DNA of 64,000 nt from Candidatus Curtissbacteria bacterium (GCA_016183325.1 JACPEV010000009.1:1303-65302), one strand, 5' to 3'; numbered from the stretch's first letter, positions 41,202-51,564 are shown. Numbers and translations are program-made. The notes: a model not told the origin generated them from the sequence alone.

Positions 41202-42271
41202 AAAGAGTGCTTGTAATTTATGGCCCTACCGCAACCGGCAAGACTGATCTGGCTATTTCTTTAGCCAAAAAATTTAATGGAGAAATAATTTCTGCAGATT
41301 CTAGACAAGTCTATAGAGGTTTGGATATTGGCACAGGCAAAGTATCAATTCAAAAGTTAAGCGATCCAGCAATTCAGAAGTTCGAAAGCTTCTGGGTTGT
41401 AGATGGTGTCAGAATTCACGGTTTCGATCTGGTAGGATCACCCGTTCACGAACCCGGCTTGCAGAATTATTCCAAGCCGGGTTCGGAAGCTTTGGTTCGA
41501 TTTTCCGCCGCTGATTTCTTAAAATTTGCATCTACTACGATGATTCGAATCATTGAACAAAACAAATTACCTATTGTAGTAGGCGGGACGGGATTTTATA
41601 TTAAGACTTTAACTAGCGGTGTTGATACAATCGGAATTCCGGCAAATCCCGTACTACGTCGACAACTTGCTGATTTGTCAGTTGGCGAGCTTTATCAAAA
41701 ATTCGAATCGATCGATCCAAATCGCGCCAGATCAATGAACAGATCGGATCGTGCTAACCCTCGCCGGCTGATTCGTGCCATTGAAATCGCAATTCATAAG
41801 TCGTTCACCTCCGAGGAGTCCCCTTCGACTACTTCGACTACGCTCAGTACAAGTTCACTCAGGGCAAGCGAGCCCACCTCGGAGGTGAACACGAGCTACC
41901 AACTACCCGCTACCAGCTACTTACTCCTCGGTCTAACCGCCCCCAACAATTTCCTCTACCAGCGAGCCGATTGGTGGCTCGATCAGCAGCTTGCCCATGG
42001 CATGATCGAAGAAGTCCAAAAATTACTCGATCACAAAATTAACCCAATTTGGCTTGATAGCTTAGGACTTGAATATCGCTGGCTTTCTCGATACTTACTG
42101 AGGAAGATAAGTTTTAAAGAAGCTGTCGCCAGACTTAAAGGCGACACTCACAGTTTTATCAGACGCCAAAAAACCTGGTTTAGAAAGTTTAAAAACATCC
42201 AACTTTTTGATATCTCAAAAGACAATTGGCAAAAAGAGTTAGAAAAGAAACTTCAGCTTTGGTATCATTAA
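41198..42271 (+). CDS. miaA: tRNA dimethylallyltransferase with two in-frame palindromic insertions
   Basis: GPTATGKT, SADSRQVYRGLDIGTGK, VGGTGFY, RRLIRAIEI, RRQKTWF. Confidence 0.96.
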   Translation: MKRVLVIYGPTATGKTDLAISLAKKFNGEIISADSRQVYRGLDIGTGKVSIQKLSDPAIQKFESFWVVDGVRIHGFDLVGSPVHEPGLQNYSKPGSEALVRFSAADFLKFASTTMIRIIEQNKLPIVVGGTGFYIKTLTSGVDTIGIPANPVLRRQLADLSVGELYQKFESIDPNRARSMNRSDRANPRRLIRAIEIAIHKSFTSEESPSTTSTTLSTSSLRASEPTSEVNTSYQLPATSYLLLGLTAPNNFLYQRADWWLDQQLAHGMIEEVQKLLDHKINPIWLDSLGLEYRWLSRYLLRKISFKEAVARLKGDTHSFIRRQKTWFRKFKNIQLFDISKDNWQKELEKKLQLWYH

Positions 42272-42275
42272 GCTG

Positions 42276-43307
42276 ATGGCCGAAGACCAATCGCCTACCA
42301 GAATCGAAATTTCCTATAAAACTATTGTTTTTACCGTCGCCGTTCTTATCGGTCTATGGTTTTTGATCCAAATCCGCGATATTATCATTCTTATTTTTCT
42401 TTCGATTATCTTGCTTTCCGCTCTTTTAAAGCCAGTTGATTGGCTGAACGCAAAAGGTATTCCGAGAGTTCTATCAGCAATATTAGTTTACATCGTTTTA
42501 ATTGCTCTTTTATCATTCACTATCGGTATTATCTTCCCCCCACTTATTGACCAGACTTCAGAATTCGTATCAAAACTCCCTACAATTGCGCTTGCCATCA
42601 ATGATTTTCTAATTTTCAACAAGATCCCCGTGGAAGATATTTCTCGGGTTCTCGTTAATCAAATAAACGTAATCACCGGCAATGTTCTTGCCATATCATC
42701 TGCCATATTCGGAAGCATATTTTTACTTTTAACACTTTTTGTATTCACCTTTTACCTACTTTTGGAATGGAAAAATTTCGTAAGACTTATTGCGTCTCCT
42801 TTTTCTGGCAAACAAGAAAAAGTCGTTTCAAGTATCATTACCAAGGTTGAAAACGGTCTAGGAAGATGGTTGAGAGGTCAACTCTCCCTGTCTTTGATTA
42901 TAGGGATCCTCACTTACATTGGTCTGAGAATTTTAGGTATTCCATACGCTCTCCCACTTGCGCTGATTGCTGGAATTTTAGAAATTATCCCGATTATCGG
43001 TCCGATTATCTCCGCGATACCAGCAGTCTTAGTCGGATTGACTATTTCACCATTCTTAGCCCTTGCTGCGGCTGCACTTTTTTTTATAATTCAACAACTG
43101 GAAAATAATCTGATTGTTCCGATGGTTATGTCAAAAGTTGTCGGTATTCAACCACCGGTTGTCATTATTGCTCTTTTAATAGGTTCCAAACTTGCTGGGG
43201 TTGGAGGAGCCTTTTTGGCAGTCCCAATAATCGTCACAGTTAAAATAGTCGTAAATGAAATTTTGGGCCAGGATCAAAAACTAGAAGACGATCTTAAAGA
43301 AGATTAG
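42276..43307 (+). CDS. AI-2E family transporter
   Basis: WLRGQL, IPIIGP, QQLENNLIVP, GAFLAVP. Confidence 0.92.
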   Translation: MAEDQSPTRIEISYKTIVFTVAVLIGLWFLIQIRDIIILIFLSIILLSALLKPVDWLNAKGIPRVLSAILVYIVLIALLSFTIGIIFPPLIDQTSEFVSKLPTIALAINDFLIFNKIPVEDISRVLVNQINVITGNVLAISSAIFGSIFLLLTLFVFTFYLLLEWKNFVRLIASPFSGKQEKVVSSIITKVENGLGRWLRGQLSLSLIIGILTYIGLRILGIPYALPLALIAGILEIIPIIGPIISAIPAVLVGLTISPFLALAAAALFFIIQQLENNLIVPMVMSKVVGIQPPVVIIALLIGSKLAGVGGAFLAVPIIVTVKIVVNEILGQDQKLEDDLKED

Positions 43308-43360
43308 AAACAGCTTCTCGCCAATTTTGAAAAATTACCCATTTCTGGTAAAATATATGT

Positions 43361-43768
43361 TGCTTTTGGGAAGAAGAACGATCGCCCCGTACCATACGGT
43401 ACGGGGAGGAAAGTCCAGACAGCAGGAAGCAAAGGATCCCGCGTAAGCGGGGACTAGAAATAGCTGGTGTCTTGGCTCTTTACCCGCATGCGGAGCCAAG
43501 AACAGGTCTTGAGTTTACAAGACTTGAGAGCAACAGAGACGAGCGGGAGTGAAACGGGCAATCCTACTTGCTGCAACCCAGATTTGAACCGATCTAGCCA
43601 TAGGCTGGTCAGTCTTTGGCTAATGACCATGCTTCCGGGAGGTTCAGAGTAGGGGCATCCTGTTAAAAACCAGGACGAAGTGGCTAATTCGTCATTTCGA
43701 GATAGATGATCGTAAAAACCAAGTCTGACTTGGTAAAACAGAATCTGGCTTACATCTTCCCAAAAGCA
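43361..43768 (+). ncRNA. rnpB: RNase P RNA
   Basis: GAGGAAAGTCC, GCAACAGAGAC, GTGAAACGGGCAATCC, GCAA, AGATAGATGATCG, ACAGAATCTGGCTTA; P1 TGCTTTTGGGAAGA/TCTTCCCAAAAGCA. Confidence 0.95.
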
Positions 43769-43815
43769 TTTTTAAAGAATTTGACTAATTTTGTCAAAGG
43801 TGTAATCATATTTGT

Positions 43816-44016
43816 ATGGCCAAGAAATCTGCTCTCAAGGCCGCAAAAAGTAATCCTCTTTCCCAATTCTTAATTGCCGCAACAGTTGTTATAGTTCTTA
43901 TAGCTTCATACGAAGCCGCCACCCAAAATGATTTCACGAAAATTGCTCCAACTCAACTTTTCTTGATTGCCGGCGTTTTAGGTGTCTTGGGTCTTTATCT
44001 TAAAGACGAAAAGTAA
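43816..44016 (+). CDS. Small 2-TM hypothetical protein
   Basis: Two hydrophobic helices; TTGACT promoter-like box upstream. Confidence 0.6.
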   Translation: MAKKSALKAAKSNPLSQFLIAATVVIVLIASYEAATQNDFTKIAPTQLFLIAGVLGVLGLYLKDEK

Positions 44017-44080
44017 AACCTAATTTGACGGAATTGACACTTTAACCATAATCAAGTATATTAACTTCAGCTATACGTAT

Positions 44081-44263
44081 ATGAGTGGCCCAGAAGGCAG
44101 CAACCAAACCCAATTCGAAATTGGCCCAACTCCAGTTCTACCCCGAAAAATATCTTCGGTCCCAAGAGGATTCGTGTTTGTCAATACCTTTTTATCTCCT
44201 GATATGGAAACTCCACGTCCACCACCCGATGCTGTTGAAGCAATAGAAAAACGTTTAAGTTAA
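44081..44263 (+). CDS. Small Pro-rich hypothetical protein
   Basis: ATG ORF after a TTGACA-N17-TATATT promoter-like site; ends 3 nt before purN. Confidence 0.4.
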   Translation: MSGPEGSNQTQFEIGPTPVLPRKISSVPRGFVFVNTFLSPDMETPRPPPDAVEAIEKRLS

Positions 44264-44266
44264 CTC

Positions 44267-44959
44267 TTGCGCGTGGTAAAAATTCCGATTGCTATTATGA
44301 TTGGAGCCGGTTCAAAGTTGCCTGCTCTCATCAAAGCGGCCAAAAGCCCCCAAAGCAGATTTTATATTAGCTTAGTAGTCAGCCACAGGAGTTTTTCTCC
44401 TGGAATCAAATACGCTCTTTTCAAAAAGATTCCGGCAATCTATTTTAAACTTCCAGATTATAGAAAAAGATTGTTTAATGGCTCAAAAAAAGCCAGAGCC
44501 GATTATATGAAGCGCCTCGGCTGGTTTATCTCCCAGCGAGAATATTTTCCCAAATTACTCGTCTTTGCCGGTTGGGATTTAGTCATGGATAAAAATTTCT
44601 TTAGTTTTTTCAAAGCGAAATTCGGCAATGGCTATGCTGCAATCAATCTTCATCCCGCCCTCCTGCCGCAAGAAAATGAAGGCGCCAAGATTAAACTTCC
44701 AGACGGTTCTTTCACCCCGATAATCAAAGGCGAACAACAAGAAGTTTTAAAAACAGTCATTGCCAAAAAACTTACTTATTTTGGCCCAACCGTTCATTTC
44801 ATGGTTCCGGTACAGTTCGACACCGGCGAGGTTATAAAAAGGGCATTTATTAAAATCGCAAGTGGCCAATCCCCCGAATCTTTGCGCAAAAAACTGATGC
44901 CGCAAGAAGACAGAATTTTAACAGAATCGATAAACGAAGTCATATCTAAATATTTGTAA
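44267..44959 (+). CDS. purN: Phosphoribosylglycinamide formyltransferase (divergent)
   Basis: GAGSKL, LVFAGW, INLHPALLP, GPTVHF...DTGEVI. Confidence 0.85.
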   Translation: MRVVKIPIAIMIGAGSKLPALIKAAKSPQSRFYISLVVSHRSFSPGIKYALFKKIPAIYFKLPDYRKRLFNGSKKARADYMKRLGWFISQREYFPKLLVFAGWDLVMDKNFFSFFKAKFGNGYAAINLHPALLPQENEGAKIKLPDGSFTPIIKGEQQEVLKTVIAKKLTYFGPTVHFMVPVQFDTGEVIKRAFIKIASGQSPESLRKKLMPQEDRILTESINEVISKYL

Positions 44960-44969
44960 ATCATAAACT

Positions 44970-46289
44970 ATGAACACTAAAGCGACTGTTTTAATTGTAG
45001 ACGGAGGAGGACGCGGCTCAGTTCTTGTTTATAAATATGCAAGAAGTCCACATGTTGGCAAAATCATAGCAGTTCCCGGCAACGATCTTATGGTAGAACT
45101 TACCCCAAAACCCGTGCAGATTTTTAAGGATATCAAAACTACCGATTTAAAAGAAATAATAAGAATTTGTCAACAGCACCACGTAGATTTAATTGATATC
45201 GCCCAGGATGATGCAATCGCCCAAGGTCTTACTGATGTTTTAAAAAAAGAAAATTTTAAAGTGCTTGGGCCCACCCGAGCGGCTGGCCAAATCGAGTGGG
45301 ATAAAGCTTGGGCGCGAAATTTTATGGTAGATTTTAATATCCCCTCACCCAAATTTAAAGTTTGTTTCACAGAACAGGAAGGAATTGATTTTATAAAATC
45401 TCAAAAAGAAAGCCAGTGGTTTATTAAAGCATCAGGCTTAGTTGCTGGCAAAGGTGCCCTTTATGCCAGGAATAATCAAGAAGCCCAAGAAAATATCACC
45501 AAGATGAAAACTTTTGGCATAAAAGGCCAAACTTATTTGATAGAAAAATGCCTTTACGGAGAAGAATTCTCCTCATTTGCCTTAGTCGATGGCCAAGACT
45601 TCCAAATTTTAGGTCACGCACAAGATCACAAAACGGTTTTTAACAATAATCTGGGTCCAAATACTGGTGGCATGGGTTGCTCCTCACCACCAATGGCCAT
45701 AACTAATAAAATAGCAGAACAAATAAAAATTATTTTTAAAAAAACATTAAAAGGACTAGCACTATTAAAAAGGCCATATCGGGGAATTCTCTATTTGGGT
45801 GGCATTATAGATAAAAACGGCAAAGTTTATGTTATTGAATTTAATGCCAGGTGGGGGGATCCTGAAGCTCAAGTAGTTCTGCCTCAAATTAAAAACGATT
45901 TTTACGAAATTGCCAAAGCGACCATTGAAAAGAAATTTTCCAAAATAAAATTAAAAAGAGATAAACTTTATCGGATAGCTGTCACGGCCGCGGCATCGGG
46001 TTACCCAATTGACTCCAGTCAAGCGCAAAATAAGCAAATTTTTGGTTTAGAAAAAATTTTCAAAAATAAAGATATTCAGATTTTCGGCGCCGGGATAAGG
46101 AAAATCAAGAAAAAATATTATGTAGCGGGCGGACGCCTTTTAACCATAGTCGCCAAAGCGCCCAATGTTGCACTGGCACGTCAAAAAGCCTACAATGCTC
46201 TTTCTCTTATTTTTATTGAAAGCAATAACCTTCACTATAGAACAGACATTGGTTATCGTGATTTAGAAAGACTTTACGAGGGATCGTAA
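44970..46289 (+). CDS. purD: Phosphoribosylamine-glycine ligase
   Basis: KASGLVAGKG, QDHK...GPNTGGMG, EFNARWGDPE, HYRTDIG. Confidence 0.96.
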   Translation: MNTKATVLIVDGGGRGSVLVYKYARSPHVGKIIAVPGNDLMVELTPKPVQIFKDIKTTDLKEIIRICQQHHVDLIDIAQDDAIAQGLTDVLKKENFKVLGPTRAAGQIEWDKAWARNFMVDFNIPSPKFKVCFTEQEGIDFIKSQKESQWFIKASGLVAGKGALYARNNQEAQENITKMKTFGIKGQTYLIEKCLYGEEFSSFALVDGQDFQILGHAQDHKTVFNNNLGPNTGGMGCSSPPMAITNKIAEQIKIIFKKTLKGLALLKRPYRGILYLGGIIDKNGKVYVIEFNARWGDPEAQVVLPQIKNDFYEIAKATIEKKFSKIKLKRDKLYRIAVTAAASGYPIDSSQAQNKQIFGLEKIFKNKDIQIFGAGIRKIKKKYYVAGGRLLTIVAKAPNVALARQKAYNALSLIFIESNNLHYRTDIGYRDLERLYEGS

Positions 46290-46292
46290 ATT

Positions 46293-49202
46293 ATGATTCA
46301 CCAAATAAGTATTACCGCAAAAAGCAAGAAAGATCCTCTAGGGCAGGATTTACTCGCCGAGATTAAAAGAACACTGGGGATTAACAATATTAAAAACATA
46401 AGAACAGCCAAAATTTACAGACTTCAAGGTGTAAGCTTAAAAAAAGCCCAAGAATTTACCCAAAAAGTTTTATTCGAGCCGATTGATCAAGTAATGTCTT
46501 TTGACAAACCATTATTCAATGATGCTGGTCAAAAAATTGAGGTCGCCTACAAACTTGGGGTTATGAATCCTGAAGTTGGATCGCTACTTAAGTCGGCAAT
46601 TGACCTTGGTATCAATCTGGAAGCGGCGGACGCTTCTCGTCAGTACGCTTTTTATGGAGGTCTGACAAAGGAACAACTTGCAGAGATTGCCGTCAGACTT
46701 TTAGTTAACAAAACTGTTGAGCAAATCATCGAAAAACCTCCGAAAAATCTTATTATCACTGGCAAGGTCCAAAAAACAGAAAAAATTCTGATCAGAAATA
46801 TGAACGATAGTCAACTAGTAAAGCTTTCAAAAGACAAGCTATTTCTCAACTTAGAAGAAATGAAAGTAATACAAAATTATTTTAAAAAAATAAAAAGGGA
46901 TCCTACCGATTGTGAAATTGAAGTTCTTGCCCAAACATGGAGCGAACATTGTGTGCATAAAACTTTCAAAGCCAAACTCATTGTCGATGGCAAAGTCAAA
47001 AAACCGTTAATTGAGAGGATTAAGGCAACTATCAAAAACAACCCCAAAATTGTAGTCTCCGCTTTTGTCGACAATGCCGGTGTCATCGATTTTTATGACG
47101 GTTTTGCCATAAACGGCAAAGTCGAAACTCACAATTCTCCATCAGCAATCGAACCTTATGGTGGGGCAATGACCGGTTCCGGAGGTGTTTTTCGCGACAT
47201 CCTTGGGACTGGGCAAGGAGCAAAAGTTGTCGCATCAACCGACATTTTTTGTTTTGCGCCTCCCAATACGTCTTCAAAATTAATTCCCCCGGGCTGTCTT
47301 CCTCCGGACTATCTTTTAAGAAAGGTTGTTGCCGGCGTTCGAGATTACGGGAATAGAGTTGGCATTCCCACCAACAACGGGTCAGTCCATTTTCATCAAG
47401 ATTTTCGTGCCAAGCCCACAGTTGCCGCAGGCGCTTACGGCATTGTTCCCAAAAAACAAGCAAAAAAACAATGGCCCAAAAAGGGTGATCTTATTTTGAC
47501 TATTGGAGGCCGAACTGGTCGTGATGGTATCCATGGCGCTACTTTTTCTTCAGGCGAAATGACCGACCGCACAATTTCAGTTTCCGGCTCGGCAGTTCAG
47601 ATCGGCAACGCTATTGAAGAAAAAAGAATGATCGATGCCATCCTGACACTTCGTCAAAATGGTTTAGTCAGAACATTAACCGACTGCGGCGCCGGCGGTT
47701 ACTCATCGGCAGTTGGCGAAATGGGCCAAAAAATTGGCGCCCGAGTTTATCTTGAAAAAGTTCTTCTCAAATATACTGGTCTTGCTCCTTGGGAAATATT
47801 TCTTTCCGAATCGCAAGAGCGCATGGTACTTTGTGTTTCGCCCCGTCAGATTAAAAAAGTTAAAGAAATTTGCCAACTTTACAACGTCGAAGTAACCGCA
47901 ATCGGCAAGTTTGACGGTTCAAAAAGGCTTAAGGTTCTTTATAAAGATCAAGTAGTTTGCGATCTTGCGATGAAATTTTTACATGAAGGTCTTCCTCAAA
48001 GAAAAATGATAGGAACGACCGCAAAAAAACAAATCAAAGAAAAATTACCGGCAAAAAATATCGACCTTGAAAATATCTGGCAAAAGATCATGTCTCATGG
48101 CAATGTTTGCTCAAAAGAGCCAATAGTAAGAATGTATGATCATACAGTCCAAGGCACAAGCTCCCTGCCACCTCTTTGCGGGGTCAATCAGGATGCTCCA
48201 AATGACGGAGCAGTTATTCGCCCTATTTTAAAAAAACCATATGGCCTGGTTATAACTCACGGATTGAATCCCTCCCTGAATAAAATCGATCCTTATAAAG
48301 GCAGTATTTGGGCGATACTTGAAGCGGTATCAAACTATGTTGCAGTCGGTGGCAATTTAAAGGACGCTGCCTTAATAGACAATTTTATCTGGTCATTTCC
48401 AGACGAAAAAAGTCTTGCCGATTTGGACAAATCGGTTGATGCTTGTATCAAAATGGCCAAAATTTTAAAAATGCCTTTCGTTTCCGGCAAAGACAGTCTT
48501 TCATCAACGTACAGATTTAGAGATGGCCGAATTTTAAAAATTCCACCTGTTCTTTTAATTTCCGTTTTTGGAAAAATTCCTGATGTCAACAAAACCGTCA
48601 GCTCTGACTTTAAGAAAATTGGATCTACAATAGTTTTAGTTGGCAAACCGGATATCAATAACCTTGGTGGCACAGTTTACTTTGATCTAACAGACTCAAC
48701 GAGTCCCAATGTTTCAAGTCCTGATCTTCAACCTACAACAAAAGTTCTTTCGACAATCACTTCAGTGATTCGAAACGGTGAAGTAATGTCTGTCCATGAT
48801 ATTTCTGAAGGAGGACTTGCAGGATCACTCGCCGAAATGTGCTTTGGGGGTGATTGTGGAGCTAAGATCGATTTAGCTAACATTAAAAATTATCAAAAAA
48901 TTCGCTATAGCAAAAAAATGGAAAATAGTGTCAATGTAACCGACACCCCCGGGGTGGGCAAAACAAGACCGGACTTTATTTTATTTAATGAAACCCCAGG
49001 AACCTTTTTGGTAGAAGTGGCAAATCCCCAACTTGCTCAAAAACTTTTTGCCAAAGTCCCTCACTATATTCTTGGACAGACCATAGCAGATCAATCAATT
49101 ATCGTCGCGCAGGGATCTAAAAAAATTGTCAGAATTGATGTCGGTAAACTTAAACAATCGTGGCAAAAGCCAATGAAAGAAATATTTCATTATGAAGCCT
49201 AA
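46293..49202 (+). CDS. purL: FGAM synthase PurL with N-terminal PurS-like region
   Basis: WSEHCVHKTF, ETHNSPSAIEP, TGRDGIHGA, SESQERM, SGKDS, HDISEGG. Confidence 0.96.
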   Translation: MIHQISITAKSKKDPLGQDLLAEIKRTLGINNIKNIRTAKIYRLQGVSLKKAQEFTQKVLFEPIDQVMSFDKPLFNDAGQKIEVAYKLGVMNPEVGSLLKSAIDLGINLEAADASRQYAFYGGLTKEQLAEIAVRLLVNKTVEQIIEKPPKNLIITGKVQKTEKILIRNMNDSQLVKLSKDKLFLNLEEMKVIQNYFKKIKRDPTDCEIEVLAQTWSEHCVHKTFKAKLIVDGKVKKPLIERIKATIKNNPKIVVSAFVDNAGVIDFYDGFAINGKVETHNSPSAIEPYGGAMTGSGGVFRDILGTGQGAKVVASTDIFCFAPPNTSSKLIPPGCLPPDYLLRKVVAGVRDYGNRVGIPTNNGSVHFHQDFRAKPTVAAGAYGIVPKKQAKKQWPKKGDLILTIGGRTGRDGIHGATFSSGEMTDRTISVSGSAVQIGNAIEEKRMIDAILTLRQNGLVRTLTDCGAGGYSSAVGEMGQKIGARVYLEKVLLKYTGLAPWEIFLSESQERMVLCVSPRQIKKVKEICQLYNVEVTAIGKFDGSKRLKVLYKDQVVCDLAMKFLHEGLPQRKMIGTTAKKQIKEKLPAKNIDLENIWQKIMSHGNVCSKEPIVRMYDHTVQGTSSLPPLCGVNQDAPNDGAVIRPILKKPYGLVITHGLNPSLNKIDPYKGSIWAILEAVSNYVAVGGNLKDAALIDNFIWSFPDEKSLADLDKSVDACIKMAKILKMPFVSGKDSLSSTYRFRDGRILKIPPVLLISVFGKIPDVNKTVSSDFKKIGSTIVLVGKPDINNLGGTVYFDLTDSTSPNVSSPDLQPTTKVLSTITSVIRNGEVMSVHDISEGGLAGSLAEMCFGGDCGAKIDLANIKNYQKIRYSKKMENSVNVTDTPGVGKTRPDFILFNETPGTFLVEVANPQLAQKLFAKVPHYILGQTIADQSIIVAQGSKKIVRIDVGKLKQSWQKPMKEIFHYEA

Positions 49203-50016
49203 AGTTTGTATTTTAAGAACCGACGGTACCAATTGCGATGAAGAGCTCTTTTATGCCTTTGAGAAATTTGGCGCCGCTCCCCAGTATGTCCACGTCAATC
49301 AGCTAAGAGCTAAAAGCAAAAAGCTAAAGGCATTCCAGATTCTGGCCCTTCCCGGCGGTTTTTCTTATGGAGATGATGTCGCCTCCGGCAAAATTCTGGC
49401 TGTTGAGTTGATTTCATACCTCAAAGATCAACTTCAGGAATTTATCAGCAAAAATGGACTTGTGATCGGCATTTGTAATGGTTTTCAAACACTCGTGCGA
49501 ACTGGCCTTTTGCCATTTGGCCATTTAGGCAAGATGGAGGCAACTCTTGCCCAAAACGAAAGCGGTCATTTTGAATGTCGCTGGATCAGATTAAAAATCG
49601 AAAAAAGCCGCTGCCCCTTTTTAAATCTCTATCTCAAACCGGGTTTGCCTACGTATTCCAAACCCGGTTTGGATAATGGTTTGGAAAATGGCGTCTTTGA
49701 ATTGGCCGTTAATCATGGTGAAGGTCGCTTTTTCGCCAACAATGAAACAATTGCAACAATGGAACAATCAAATCTCGTTGTGTTTCGCTACGTTGATGGA
49801 AAAGGTAAACCAACTGGGCATTATCCCGAGAATCCCAATGGTTCAATCAACGCTATCGCTGGAGTCTGTGATCCAACCGGTAGAATCTTAGGCTTGATGC
49901 CCCATCCCGAAAAATTCGTCGACATTACTCAATACCCAAACTGGCGCCGGGGAAAAGTGACCGAACCCCATGGAGCCTTTATCTTTAAACAACTGATAAG
50001 ATTTGCCACTGTCTGA
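49192..50016 (+). CDS. purQ: FGAM synthase glutaminase subunit
   Basis: GTNCD, PGGFSYGD, GICNGFQ, HGEGR, MPHPE. Confidence 0.96.
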   Translation: MKPKVCILRTDGTNCDEELFYAFEKFGAAPQYVHVNQLRAKSKKLKAFQILALPGGFSYGDDVASGKILAVELISYLKDQLQEFISKNGLVIGICNGFQTLVRTGLLPFGHLGKMEATLAQNESGHFECRWIRLKIEKSRCPFLNLYLKPGLPTYSKPGLDNGLENGVFELAVNHGEGRFFANNETIATMEQSNLVVFRYVDGKGKPTGHYPENPNGSINAIAGVCDPTGRILGLMPHPEKFVDITQYPNWRRGKVTEPHGAFIFKQLIRFATV

Positions 50017-50044
50017 TACTATGATTTAAATCATTAGAACAAAC

Positions 50045-51145
50045 ATGAATAAGAAAATCACTTATTCCCAAGTTGGCGATGATTACGACACCAAAGATCC
50101 CATCAAAAAAATGGCCCAATTTTTCGCCCGCCAAACCATTATTAAAGATAAATCAGGATTTGTAGAACTGTCCAGCACTCGTGGAGAGTCGGCATTCGTT
50201 TGGCAGCAAGATGGTGTTTTTATGGCTTCCGTTGTTGAAGGCCTTGGTACCAAAAATCTCGTTGCCGACGACATGCGAAAAATCACAGGTAAAACTTACT
50301 ACGATGTCATCGGTCATGATACCGTCGCCACCATCATCAATGATTTGATTACCGTCGGTGCCAAACCTCGCGTTATCCATGCTTATTGGGCAATTGAGGA
50401 TAACAGTTGGCTCCAAGATCACCAGCGTATGACGGATTTTATTACCGGTTGGCGAGATGCTTGCAAAATTTCAATGGCCACATGGGGAGGAGGAGAAACA
50501 CCAACATTAAAAGGGGTTATAGAAAAAGACACAGTGGATCTTGGGGGATCAGCTATTGGAGTAATAGAAGACAAAAAAAGATTGATTACAGATAAAAAAC
50601 TAAAAGCGGGGGATAGAATAGTATTTCTTAAAAGTAACGGTATCAATTGCAACGGCCTATCTCTTGCCCGCGCCGTTGCCAAAAAGTTTCCGAAAGGTTA
50701 CGCCACAAAAATGTCCGATGGTCAGGTGTACGGAGAGGCACTTCTTACCAAAACCAATATCTACGCCAAACTAATTCAAGATTTACTAAATGCCGGCATT
50801 GATATCCATTATATTTCCAACATCACAGGTCACGGACTTAGAAAAATTATGAGGGCAAGAAGCAATTTTACTTATGTAATCGAGAAACTTTTTGAGCCCC
50901 AAGAAGTTTTCCTTTTTACCCAAAAACATGCCAACTTAACGGACGACGAAATATATCAAACACTCAACATGGGTCAGGATTATGCAATATTTCTTTCCCC
51001 AAAAGATATTAAAAAAGCACAGGAAATTATCGCTAAAAATAAATCCCAAAGTCTCGACGCAGGTTATGTTAAAGTCGGTCCCCGCCAAGTCAAAATCCTT
51101 CAAAAAAACATCACCTACAAATCAGAAACCTTAGATTTACGATAA
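50045..51145 (+). CDS. purM: AIR synthase
   Basis: EGLGTK, GGETP, SNGINCNGLSL, ITGHG, TLNMG. Confidence 0.92.
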   Translation: MNKKITYSQVGDDYDTKDPIKKMAQFFARQTIIKDKSGFVELSSTRGESAFVWQQDGVFMASVVEGLGTKNLVADDMRKITGKTYYDVIGHDTVATIINDLITVGAKPRVIHAYWAIEDNSWLQDHQRMTDFITGWRDACKISMATWGGGETPTLKGVIEKDTVDLGGSAIGVIEDKKRLITDKKLKAGDRIVFLKSNGINCNGLSLARAVAKKFPKGYATKMSDGQVYGEALLTKTNIYAKLIQDLLNAGIDIHYISNITGHGLRKIMRARSNFTYVIEKLFEPQEVFLFTQKHANLTDDEIYQTLNMGQDYAIFLSPKDIKKAQEIIAKNKSQSLDAGYVKVGPRQVKILQKNITYKSETLDLR

Positions 51146-51162
51146 TGTGCTAAAGTACACCT

Positions 51163-51444
51163 ATGAAGAGCAAGCTGGCTAAAAAACAAAGAGAAAAAAT
51201 CATGAAACAATTTGGGGGTAGGATGCCCACCAAAGAAGAGATTTTCGAAAAGATCAAAGCCTCACAAGAGAGAATGATGCAAGCATTAGCGGGAGCTGCA
51301 AGAACCGCTCCCGACGATCCCGAGACAAGAAAACAGCTTTTAGAAGTTATCGAAAGAGCCTCAAAACTCAGGGGCAAAATCTATGAGCAAGTTTTAAAAG
51401 AAAAACCACCAAAAATCCGCGAAAACCCCGACGAATCAAACTAA
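51163..51444 (+). CDS. Hypothetical helical protein
   Basis: ATG ORF 17 nt after purM; charged, helical composition. Confidence 0.55.
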   Translation: MKSKLAKKQREKIMKQFGGRMPTKEEIFEKIKASQERMMQALAGAARTAPDDPETRKQLLEVIERASKLRGKIYEQVLKEKPPKIRENPDESN

Positions 51445-51504
51445 ATTTTATTCAGACTTCTATACCTAATCAAGGATAGCTTATTGTAAATCTGAAACTT
51501 ATGA

Positions 51505-51540
51505 ACCATCACACTCGATGACATATCACAGAGCGTGATG
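51505..51540. repeat. 36-bp palindromic repeat, left copy (possible operator)
   Basis: ACCATCACACTCGATGACATATCACAGAGCGTGATG, directly before TATAAT. Confidence 0.8.
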
Positions 51541-51564
51541 TTATAATCCGATCTGCAGAACATT

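Noticed and set aside
44017-44266. Purine or ZTP riboswitch ahead of purN
   Set aside because: No matching conserved motif visible; a covariance-model scan would be needed to exclude it
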